This document shows, piece by piece, positions 38,968-47,406 of a DNA stretch of 64,000 nt. The stretch spans positions 168,029-232,028 of the IMG/VR virus record IMGVR_UViG_3300030329_004647; one strand, given 5' to 3'. The position numbers were made by a program, and so were the translations under genes. The notes under the pieces were generated by a model. The model searched no databases. It had not been told where the DNA came from and saw only the letters and a program-made list of their open reading frames with translations. How positions within the stretch are numbered: the first letter of the stretch is position 1; every line of letters starts with the position of its first letter.

Positions 38968-40872
38968 ATGGAGATTTCGAATAAAATTTTGTCTGATATT
39001 ACTGTTTACATGAAGTACGCAAAATATCTACCAGAACTAAACAGAAGAGAAACTTGGGAAGAGTTAGTAACGAGAAATAAAAATATGCACATCAAAAAGT
39101 ATCCACACTTAAAAGAGGATATTGAGGAGAAGTATAAGTTTGTTTATGATAAGAAGGTATTGCCATCTATGAGGTCTATGCAATTTGGTGGAAAACCAAT
39201 TGAGATAAGCCCAAATAGAATTTATAATTGTGCATATATGCCAATTGACCATATAGATTCTTTTGCTGAATGTATGTTCTTATTATTAGGAGGTACGGGA
39301 GTAGGTTATTCCGTACAAAAACACCACGTAGCTAAATTACCCGTAATTCAAAAACCATACCCAAAAAGAAAACGTAGATTTTTAATCGGTGACTCAATCG
39401 AAGGTTGGGCGGACTCGATTAAAGTTCTTATGAAATCATACATGAATGGTGGAGGAAGTAGAGTGGAATTTGATTATTCAGATATTAGACCTAAAGGAGC
39501 AAGATTAATCACATCAGGTGGTAAAGCACCAGGCCCACAACCATTAAAGGAGTGTCTGGTTAAAATAGAAGGATTATTAAACGCAAAAGAAAATGGAGAA
39601 CAACTTACAACAATTGAGGTACATGATATTATATGTTATATCGCAGACGCGGTATTGGCCGGAGGTATTCGTAGAGCAGCTCTTATTAGTTTATTTAGCG
39701 CTGATGACGATGCAATGATTGGATGTAAAGCTGGTAACTGGTGGGAACTAAACCCACAACGTGGTAGAGCAAATAACTCAGCTGTATTGATGAGACATAA
39801 GATAACTCAAGAATTTTTCTGGGAATTATGGAAAAGAGTTGAACTATCAGGAGCAGGAGAACCAGGAATATATTTCAATAATGATAAAGATTGGGGCACA
39901 AATCCTTGTTGTGAGATTGCTTTAAGACCCTATCAGTTCTGTAACTTATGTGAAGTAAATGTTTCAAACATTGAGTCCCAAGAAGATTTAAATATAAGAG
40001 TTAAAGCAGCGGCATTTATCGGAACACTTCAGGCAGGATATACAGCTTTTCATTATTTAAGAGATGTGTGGAGAGAGACAACAGAGAAAGATGCACTAAT
40101 TGGTGTTTCAATGACAGGTATTGGTTCAGGTAAAGTTCTTAATTATGATATGAAAAAAGCTGCTAGTTTAGTAAAAAGAGAAAATACCAGAGTATCTAAA
40201 TTACTAGGAATTAATCAAGCAGCAAGAACAACCACGGTTAAACCAGCTGGAACTACTTCATTAACGTTAGGAACATCATCAGGTATTCATGCGTGGCATA
40301 ATGATTTCTATATTAGAAGATTACGTGTTGGTAAAAATGAAGCGATTTATTCTTATCTTTCACAAAATCATCCAGAATTAGTGGAGGATGAATATTTCAG
40401 ACCACACGACACAGCAGTAATTAGTATACCACAAAAAGCACCTAAAGGTTCAATAATGAGAACAGAGTCACCATTTGATTTATTAGAAAGAGTTAAAAAA
40501 GTAGCTACTGAATGGGTTAACTCTGGACATAGAAAAGGTTCTAACTCTCATAATGTATCTGCAACTATTTCTCTAAAAGAAGGTGAGTGGTTATCAGCAG
40601 GTAAATGGATGTGGGAAAATAGAAAATATTATAATGGGTTATCTGTACTACCATATAATGGTGGAACTTATACACAAGCTCCATTTGAAGATATTACCGA
40701 AGAAAAATATAATGAAATGATGAAGTCATTAAAAGATGTAAATCTATCTAATGTGGTAGAGTTAGACGATAATACAGATTTATCAGGAGAATTAGCCTGT
40801 TCGGGAGGAAGTTGTGAAATTGATGTAGATTTAAAAACTATAGAAAAGGAAGAAGAGCTTGATGAAGCATAG
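38968..40872 (+). CDS. nrdJ: Ribonucleotide reductase, class II (adenosylcobalamin-dependent)
   Basis: RIYNCAY, GTNPCCEI, CNL, TTVKPAGT, C-terminal ACSGGSC. No C-terminal YY pair and no adjacent nrdB. Confidence 0.9.
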   Translation: MEISNKILSDITVYMKYAKYLPELNRRETWEELVTRNKNMHIKKYPHLKEDIEEKYKFVYDKKVLPSMRSMQFGGKPIEISPNRIYNCAYMPIDHIDSFAECMFLLLGGTGVGYSVQKHHVAKLPVIQKPYPKRKRRFLIGDSIEGWADSIKVLMKSYMNGGGSRVEFDYSDIRPKGARLITSGGKAPGPQPLKECLVKIEGLLNAKENGEQLTTIEVHDIICYIADAVLAGGIRRAALISLFSADDDAMIGCKAGNWWELNPQRGRANNSAVLMRHKITQEFFWELWKRVELSGAGEPGIYFNNDKDWGTNPCCEIALRPYQFCNLCEVNVSNIESQEDLNIRVKAAAFIGTLQAGYTAFHYLRDVWRETTEKDALIGVSMTGIGSGKVLNYDMKKAASLVKRENTRVSKLLGINQAARTTTVKPAGTTSLTLGTSSGIHAWHNDFYIRRLRVGKNEAIYSYLSQNHPELVEDEYFRPHDTAVISIPQKAPKGSIMRTESPFDLLERVKKVATEWVNSGHRKGSNSHNVSATISLKEGEWLSAGKWMWENRKYYNGLSVLPYNGGTYTQAPFEDITEEKYNEMMKSLKDVNLSNVVELDDNTDLSGELACSGGSCEIDVDLKTIEKEEELDEA

Positions 40873-41053
40873 AGTCTCTAAAGAAATTTTGTACCATTTT
40901 AGTTGTGGTAATTGTAATAAATGGTGGTCAATAGCTGACTACCATTTATTGTCTATAGACAACAATAAAGATTTAAATTATAATAATGAAATAACATGTC
41001 CTCACTGTGGACATAGAGAAAAATTAATAGAAATAAAAAATGATAAGAAATGA
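40862..41053 (+). CDS. Small zinc-ribbon protein
   Basis: CGNC...CPHC pairs; ATG at 40862 (the track starts at TTG 40859). Confidence 0.7.
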   Translation: MKHRVSKEILYHFSCGNCNKWWSIADYHLLSIDNNKDLNYNNEITCPHCGHREKLIEIKNDKK

Positions 41054-41282
41054 CGATTGGATAACAGAGTTATACCACCAAGAAGGAAGAAAAGTAGAAT
41101 TTAATCAAAAAGATTTTTATAAAAGCAAGGAAGGGGCTATGGTAATGACAGAGGATTATCATATTCGGAGAGGTAGTTGTTGTGGTAGTGGATGTAAACA
41201 TTGTCCATACTGGCCACCACATCAAAAGATGAATAGAGAGTTAAGAGAGGATTTAAAATCAAAAGACCACAGACTTATATAA
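41040..41282 (+). CDS. Small Cys-rich protein (DUF5522-like)
   Basis: VMTEDYHIRRGSCCGSGCKHCPY. Confidence 0.75.
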   Translation: MIRNDDWITELYHQEGRKVEFNQKDFYKSKEGAMVMTEDYHIRRGSCCGSGCKHCPYWPPHQKMNRELREDLKSKDHRLI

Positions 41283-41302
41283 CAATTATATATTTATAAT
41301 AG

Positions 41303-41503
41303 ATGAAACCATTAATTAAAAAGGTATTAAGAGAATATTGGGAAAAAGAACCAGATAAATGGGATTTGGTAGCTGAGGACCTTAAAGAATGCCTAGAAAA
41401 TATAATTCAAAAACATAAATCTAATTTTTATGACGACCAGTACGCGGTAATCAGTGCTATAGAGGATATAATGGAGAATATGTTCGCAAAAGTACCACGA
41501 TAG
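41303..41503 (+). CDS. Hypothetical protein with leader motif
   Basis: 66 aa starting MKPLIKKVLRE; preceded by TATTTAT (41291-41297). Confidence 0.65.
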   Translation: MKPLIKKVLREYWEKEPDKWDLVAEDLKECLENIIQKHKSNFYDDQYAVISAIEDIMENMFAKVPR

Positions 41504-41525
41504 GTATTTATAATAAAAACCAATT

Positions 41526-41987
41526 ATGCCATCAAAAAGATTTGGAATAGCGTTCCCATTTTCAGATAGTCCAGACGGATTATTTTTGAAAACTACTAAA
41601 ACACCTTCAGAAGAATTACGTGCTAATTTTATTCATTTAATACTTACTAAAAAAGGTAGTAGATATTTTTTACCTGATTTTGGGACGAGATTAATGGAAT
41701 ATGTTTTCGACCAATTGGATGAACCTACACTCAAGGCTATAGAATCAGAACTACAAGATGCGGTAGATAAGTACCTACCAAACCTACAAATTTTAGGTAT
41801 ACACGTTACCATTTTAAAAGACGCTAACGACGCAGAACTAAATCCAGTAATAAATAGTGATGAAGATGCTAGAGTTTTTAGAGTAGCTGGAACATCTGCT
41901 CAGGAACACACAGCTAAAATTAGAATAGAATATACTTTAAAAGATAATGTTTTTCAAACTAAAGACTTTGTAATTATTAATATATAA
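41526..41987 (+). CDS. Baseplate wedge protein (T4 gp25/GPW-like)
   Basis: FGIAFPF...HLILTKKGSRYFLPDFGTRLMEYVFD. Confidence 0.9.
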   Translation: MPSKRFGIAFPFSDSPDGLFLKTTKTPSEELRANFIHLILTKKGSRYFLPDFGTRLMEYVFDQLDEPTLKAIESELQDAVDKYLPNLQILGIHVTILKDANDAELNPVINSDEDARVFRVAGTSAQEHTAKIRIEYTLKDNVFQTKDFVIINI

Positions 41988-41988
41988 T

Positions 41989-43827
41989 ATGGCACAGAAA
42001 AAAATATCATATACGGAAAGAGATTTTTTGGGTCTAAGGAATGAACTTCTAAGACTAACAAATATCTATTACCCTGATTTAATTCAAGACGCGAGTGACG
42101 CTTCTATATATTCTTTATTTCTAGATTTAAATGCGGCGGTAGCAGACAATTTACACTATAGTATTGATAGAAGTTTACAAGAAACGGTTTTACAATTTGC
42201 CCAGGAAAGAAGTTCTTTATATAATATAGCTAGAACTTATGGTTTAAAAATACCAGGCAAAAGACCATCTGTTGCTTTATGTGACTTATCGGTTATTGTA
42301 CCAGCCAGAGGAGACCAAGAAGATACTAGATATCTTGGATTATTAAAAAGTGGTTCACAATTTAGAGGAGCGGGACAAGTTTTCGAACTTGTAAACGACT
42401 GTGATTTTTCTTCCCAATATTCCGTAGACGGTACACCTAATAGAACAAAAATACCTAATTTAGACGCTAACGGGATAATTGTTAATTATACCATTACAAA
42501 AAGAGAACCGGTAGTTAACGGAGTTACAAGAATCTTTAAAAAAGAAATAAGAGATATTGATTCTAAACCATTCTTTAAACTATTTCTTCCAGAAAGAAAT
42601 GTGTTAGGAGTTACAAATGTGATATATAAAGAGGGTACAAACTTCCAGTCTTTACCTTCTGGTTTAGAATTCATCAACTCACCTAACAAGTATTATGAAA
42701 TGCAGGCTCTTGCGGAACAAGATGTTTTTATTATAAATCCATCGATGCCTGCGGATGATGCTGGACTAAAAGTCGGTAACTATATCCAAACAGATAATAG
42801 GTTTATTACAGAACATACACCTGAAGGTTACTTCTTTTTAACTTTTGGTGGTGGTAATAATACACCACAAGAGTTATTGGACGATTTTAGTAGGTATGGA
42901 ATGCCTTTAGATTTAAATAGATTTATGAATACAGCCTCTATGGGTACCGCTGTTAGACCTAACACTACTATTTTTGTACAATATAGAGTTGGTGGTGGTA
43001 CCACATCCAATGTTGGTGCTGGAGCTATAAATTCTGTAGGTGTAATAGATTTTGTGGTTTATGGCCCAAATACAACTCAAAATAATAGAGTCATAAATAG
43101 TTTAGCTGTAAACAATGTTACAGCAGCTGTAGGTGGAGCAGACCAAATGACAGAAGAAGAAGTTAGAAATTACGTTTCTTTTAATTTTGCTGGACAAAAT
43201 AGAGCGGTAACTATTAATGATTATGTAAATAAAATCAGAACAATGCCTGCAGTATTTGGAGCTGCTGCTAAAGTAGGTGTTACTGAGATTGAAAATAAAG
43301 TTAAAATAGATATTTTATCATATAACCCAGATGGTACACTAACCTCTAATGTTAGTAATACACTTAAAAGTAATATAGTAACGTATCTATCCAACTATAG
43401 AATGTTAAATGATTATATAGAAATTGCTTCTGGTAATGTAATCGATTTAGCTTTTGAGGTTGATTTAATTATTGAACAAGGAGTAAATCAGTCTGAAATA
43501 ATAACTAATGTCATAACTAAAGTAGGTGATTACTTTGGTGTGAGTAAAGTTGAAATGGGAGCGCCTGTTAATATGGGTAACCTAAGAAGACAGATAATGG
43601 AACAACCAGGAGTAATAAACATAGTAGATATTAAAGTATTTAATAAGGTGGGTAATGGATACTCAAGCAGTGAAATTAGTCAAGCATATGTAGACCCAGA
43701 AACTAAACAAATAGCTTTAATTGACGAGACTATTTTTCTACAACCAAACGAGATAGCAGCCATCCGAGTACCGCAAGTAGACATCAACGTTAGATTTAAA
43801 CAACCTAGCCAACCTATAATATATTAG
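41989..43827 (+). CDS. Baseplate wedge protein (T4 gp6/baseplate J-like)
   Basis: ISYTERDFLGLRNEL...AQERSSLYNIARTYGLK...YRVGGG...GGADQ...QNRAVTINDY. Confidence 0.9.
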   Translation: MAQKKISYTERDFLGLRNELLRLTNIYYPDLIQDASDASIYSLFLDLNAAVADNLHYSIDRSLQETVLQFAQERSSLYNIARTYGLKIPGKRPSVALCDLSVIVPARGDQEDTRYLGLLKSGSQFRGAGQVFELVNDCDFSSQYSVDGTPNRTKIPNLDANGIIVNYTITKREPVVNGVTRIFKKEIRDIDSKPFFKLFLPERNVLGVTNVIYKEGTNFQSLPSGLEFINSPNKYYEMQALAEQDVFIINPSMPADDAGLKVGNYIQTDNRFITEHTPEGYFFLTFGGGNNTPQELLDDFSRYGMPLDLNRFMNTASMGTAVRPNTTIFVQYRVGGGTTSNVGAGAINSVGVIDFVVYGPNTTQNNRVINSLAVNNVTAAVGGADQMTEEEVRNYVSFNFAGQNRAVTINDYVNKIRTMPAVFGAAAKVGVTEIENKVKIDILSYNPDGTLTSNVSNTLKSNIVTYLSNYRMLNDYIEIASGNVIDLAFEVDLIIEQGVNQSEIITNVITKVGDYFGVSKVEMGAPVNMGNLRRQIMEQPGVINIVDIKVFNKVGNGYSSSEISQAYVDPETKQIALIDETIFLQPNEIAAIRVPQVDINVRFKQPSQPIIY

Positions 43828-43899
43828 GTATTTACTTAAGCACCCCTAATTTTATCTTTAATTATTGAAGGAATAAATATTTATTCTTAAAGACACAGA

Positions 43900-46800
43900 A
43901 TGCCTAGGAATATAAGAATTAGAACAAAAATTGGGGTAGACAAGGAAGTTAAGGTAAACCTCGACCAAGATTTTGATAGATTGGAGATATTAAGTTTGAA
44001 TCTCCATCAGTCTGACACATACAGAAGAGATTGTGCAGATTTTGGTGTTATAGCTGGTAGAGTTGTAACAAATGGAGGGTTTGGAGTACCAAATGCAAAG
44101 GTAGCTGTGTTTGTACCTTTAGACAATGAAGACGAAAGTAATCCAGTAATATCACAATTATATCCTTATAAAAGAACCAGTTTTAGAAACGAAGAAGGTT
44201 ATAGTTATAATCTACTATCCTCAACACCAAACTACGAAGGACACAAAGCAACTGGAACCTTCCCGACAAGAAGAGAAGTACTACTTAATCAAGATGTAGA
44301 GTACGTTTATAAAAAATACTATAAATTCACAGTTAAAACCAATCCAAGTGGTGATTATATGTTATATGGTATTCCTCCAGGAAACCAAACATTAATAATG
44401 AATTTAGATTTAAGTGACATGGGTTGTTTTTCATTAACACCAGAAGACTTAAAAAGAATGGGGAAACCTGAAGCACAATTTGATGGTGCGGATTTTATGA
44501 GTGGAACAACACTAGAAACTTTACCACAAATAGTATCACAAGCTAAGGTAATTGAAGTTAGACCATTTTGGGGTGATGACGAAGCTTGTAACGCTGCAAT
44601 AACAAGAGTAGATTTTGATTTAAGAGATTCTAGTATAGAAATAAAACCTGTAGCGGTTTTTATGGGGTCCTCAGCTAGTGATGATGGTAAAAACTCTGTT
44701 AATAAAAACTGTATTCCTAGAAGAAGACAAGGTAATTTATGTGAGCTAGTTACCGGACCAGGTGATATAGAATCTATAAGACACACAATAGCTTATACTA
44801 CTGGGGGTACGATAAACGCACCCCAAGTAACCCCAATTTTACAAAGAAAAGATTATCCTGGAGCTTTAGATGGGGATGGAGCTTTTTTAATAAATGTTCC
44901 TATGAATATGGACTATGTTTATACTAATGAATTTGGTGAACAAGTTTTAAGTCCAGACCCAAAAGTAGGGATACCAACAAAATCTAAAAGTAGATTTAGA
45001 ATTAAATTTTCACAAGATGGGTCAGGATTTAGATTAAGAAAACGTGGAGAATACTTATTACCTAATATTAAAGAGTACAACGCTATACCTGCCGATGCTG
45101 GAGAAAATGTTGTTAATGGTAATATTACAATAGAAGAAGCTTCATATTCATTTTCTACAGACATAGAAAACTATGCGTCTAAATACGATGTTTTAGCTAC
45201 TAATGATTATTTTTATACCTTTCGGTATAATAGAGTATACACCCCATCTTTATATTTACACAAACATAGAGACAGTATAAATATTTTAGGTTTTATACCT
45301 TTCGGTAATAACAAACATAGGTTTGTGGGTATAAAATCTATTAAACCAGACCCTAAAGACGCTTGTACAGATATTGTTACTGAGTTTCCAGCAAATGATG
45401 CGTATAGGGACACTAATTTGATGTTTATAATTGCACAACTAATGTTCATTTTTATGCAAATTATTTTTATAGTCTTATTTTTATATTTGGGTTATATCAC
45501 TATTAGTTGGTTATTAGCTTTTGCTGCAGGTATAGGTTCAGAAGTTTATTTTGGTACTTTACTAGGTGGTATTATGGCTTACGCGATTAATTCTATAGCT
45601 AGAGGGTTTGATGTTAATTTACCATTAACTAAGTATTCAGAATGTGAGTCGTGTGATTGTGGTGGTAATCCATTTTTCGACTTTAATCTTGGAGCGTTTA
45701 GTATGAGTTACGCCGCGTCAAGTGTGTCGATGCCTTCCGTAGACTCCTCATTTGTAGGGTCTAGTTTTTCTGCTCCACCAGGTCAATCAGGAAGTGCAGC
45801 CGCCGGGGGACCAACACCTAATGTAAGTTTAACCGCACCAACCAACGCAGAGGCAAACTGCGCAGATTTGGTACATTTACCAGCTGGAAACTGTAACGCT
45901 TGTGCTGGTGGGCTAAACACAAATTTCTATGATAACGGATGTTATCAACTATCTTTTGGTAATTACGGAATTATTAACACTGCTGGTAACGCGATAAATG
46001 GAACAATTGTAGCTATAACAGTAGCACTTGCACTTTATATATTTCTTTGTATTGTAGGTACAGTAGGTAGTTTTGGTACAGCTGGACCCATTATTTGTCA
46101 AGGTTTAAATTTCATAGTAGGACTAGTTACAATATTACTTTATATAGCTATTATAACTTTATTTGCTGGGTTTTTAATTGCGATATTCACTGGTACAGGA
46201 GGATGCAACAGTATTGTCCACCTAAGTAGTTTTTGGAGAGCTAGAAAAACAGTATATCAAGCACTATGTGGTGGGATAATTAATCAAATATTTGCTAATA
46301 ATTGGATACACGGATTTCTATACCACTTTCAATTTAAAGCTAAAACTATAACAGATGCTCAGGCAGCTAGTTTAAATTGGATACCTTTTGGCTGGGCTCC
46401 ACAAGCGGGGACTAAATTCTGTGAATCAGTAGTGTATCTATCCGATAAACAAAAAAAATATTATTATAGGAGTTCTAAATGGGCACCAGGAGCTAATTAT
46501 CCACAAGGAACGTTTAATAAATTAAGGTTTTCCACAACTGTAAGTGAAATAGGATTGACTAAAGGTTATTTATTAGACACATGTAACGACTTATCTATTT
46601 GTGATGATTGTTATGTATTACCAAAAATGGGGTCCACCTCAGCTCAAGATAATGATGATTTATTAGAATATATAGCCAATTCAAGGTACCAATGGGAAAT
46701 TGAAGATATTAATAACCCTTATTTCCTAGGGAGCGTTACCATTAGAAATTTATTCTTCAATATTAGAAATAACAGCAAAGTAGACGGTGATATAGCTCAA

Positions 46801-47406
46801 GCTATTTCACAAAACAATGAATTTGGAATGGCTCAGTTCGTTTCACCTGATGAACCAGGAAACTCACTCTCAAACCCAGGTTCACTTACAAACTTTGAAG
46901 TTGCTTTAACTAACCCATACTATTTTGAATTACTAGACTCATCTCAATGTCAAACACCGAATAGTGTTGGGTTTACAGGTCCTGAAGGTACCATAGATAC
47001 TAATGGTGGTGTTGTTACTATTCCATTCGCTGTAGAAGGTCCTGAAACAAGAGATTGTTTATTAGGAAAAGCAGATGGGTTTGATTGGAGTCAAGATACA
47101 TATTGGGGACATTGGTCAACAGCTGGTGGAGCTGGTGGATGGGGTGATAGAGGTAATGATTATTCATTAACATCTAATGATGGTGTACAAGCACCAGGGG
47201 GTATAACACAATTTGTTAGTCAACCAGGATACCAATATTCTCCTAACACTTTACCACCTATTGGACCAACAACCGCTGATGACATGAGAATAGCTAGACA
47301 TTTCCACTATTATTTCGGGCATAAAGTAGGTTTTACGTCCTATAATTTATTTGAAGAAAAGTACATAAATAAACCAGAAGATGATTTAGATTTAACAACA
47401 TTATAG
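43900..47406 (+). CDS. Large structural protein with Ig/carboxypeptidase-regulatory-like N-domain and internal hydrophobic helices
   Basis: GRVVTNGGFGVPNAKVAVFVP and VKTNPSGDYMLYGIPPGNQTL; two long hydrophobic clusters. Confidence 0.6.
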   Translation: MPRNIRIRTKIGVDKEVKVNLDQDFDRLEILSLNLHQSDTYRRDCADFGVIAGRVVTNGGFGVPNAKVAVFVPLDNEDESNPVISQLYPYKRTSFRNEEGYSYNLLSSTPNYEGHKATGTFPTRREVLLNQDVEYVYKKYYKFTVKTNPSGDYMLYGIPPGNQTLIMNLDLSDMGCFSLTPEDLKRMGKPEAQFDGADFMSGTTLETLPQIVSQAKVIEVRPFWGDDEACNAAITRVDFDLRDSSIEIKPVAVFMGSSASDDGKNSVNKNCIPRRRQGNLCELVTGPGDIESIRHTIAYTTGGTINAPQVTPILQRKDYPGALDGDGAFLINVPMNMDYVYTNEFGEQVLSPDPKVGIPTKSKSRFRIKFSQDGSGFRLRKRGEYLLPNIKEYNAIPADAGENVVNGNITIEEASYSFSTDIENYASKYDVLATNDYFYTFRYNRVYTPSLYLHKHRDSINILGFIPFGNNKHRFVGIKSIKPDPKDACTDIVTEFPANDAYRDTNLMFIIAQLMFIFMQIIFIVLFLYLGYITISWLLAFAAGIGSEVYFGTLLGGIMAYAINSIARGFDVNLPLTKYSECESCDCGGNPFFDFNLGAFSMSYAASSVSMPSVDSSFVGSSFSAPPGQSGSAAAGGPTPNVSLTAPTNAEANCADLVHLPAGNCNACAGGLNTNFYDNGCYQLSFGNYGIINTAGNAINGTIVAITVALALYIFLCIVGTVGSFGTAGPIICQGLNFIVGLVTILLYIAIITLFAGFLIAIFTGTGGCNSIVHLSSFWRARKTVYQALCGGIINQIFANNWIHGFLYHFQFKAKTITDAQAASLNWIPFGWAPQAGTKFCESVVYLSDKQKKYYYRSSKWAPGANYPQGTFNKLRFSTTVSEIGLTKGYLLDTCNDLSICDDCYVLPKMGSTSAQDNDDLLEYIANSRYQWEIEDINNPYFLGSVTIRNLFFNIRNNSKVDGDIAQAISQNNEFGMAQFVSPDEPGNSLSNPGSLTNFEVALTNPYYFELLDSSQCQTPNSVGFTGPEGTIDTNGGVVTIPFAVEGPETRDCLLGKADGFDWSQDTYWGHWSTAGGAGGWGDRGNDYSLTSNDGVQAPGGITQFVSQPGYQYSPNTLPPIGPTTADDMRIARHFHYYFGHKVGFTSYNLFEEKYINKPEDDLDLTTL

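Noticed and set aside
1184-40872. Inteins or group I introns in polB, SNF2, helicase or RNR
   Set aside because: Protein sizes and motif spacing are ordinary; no splice-junction or homing-endonuclease motifs were seen.
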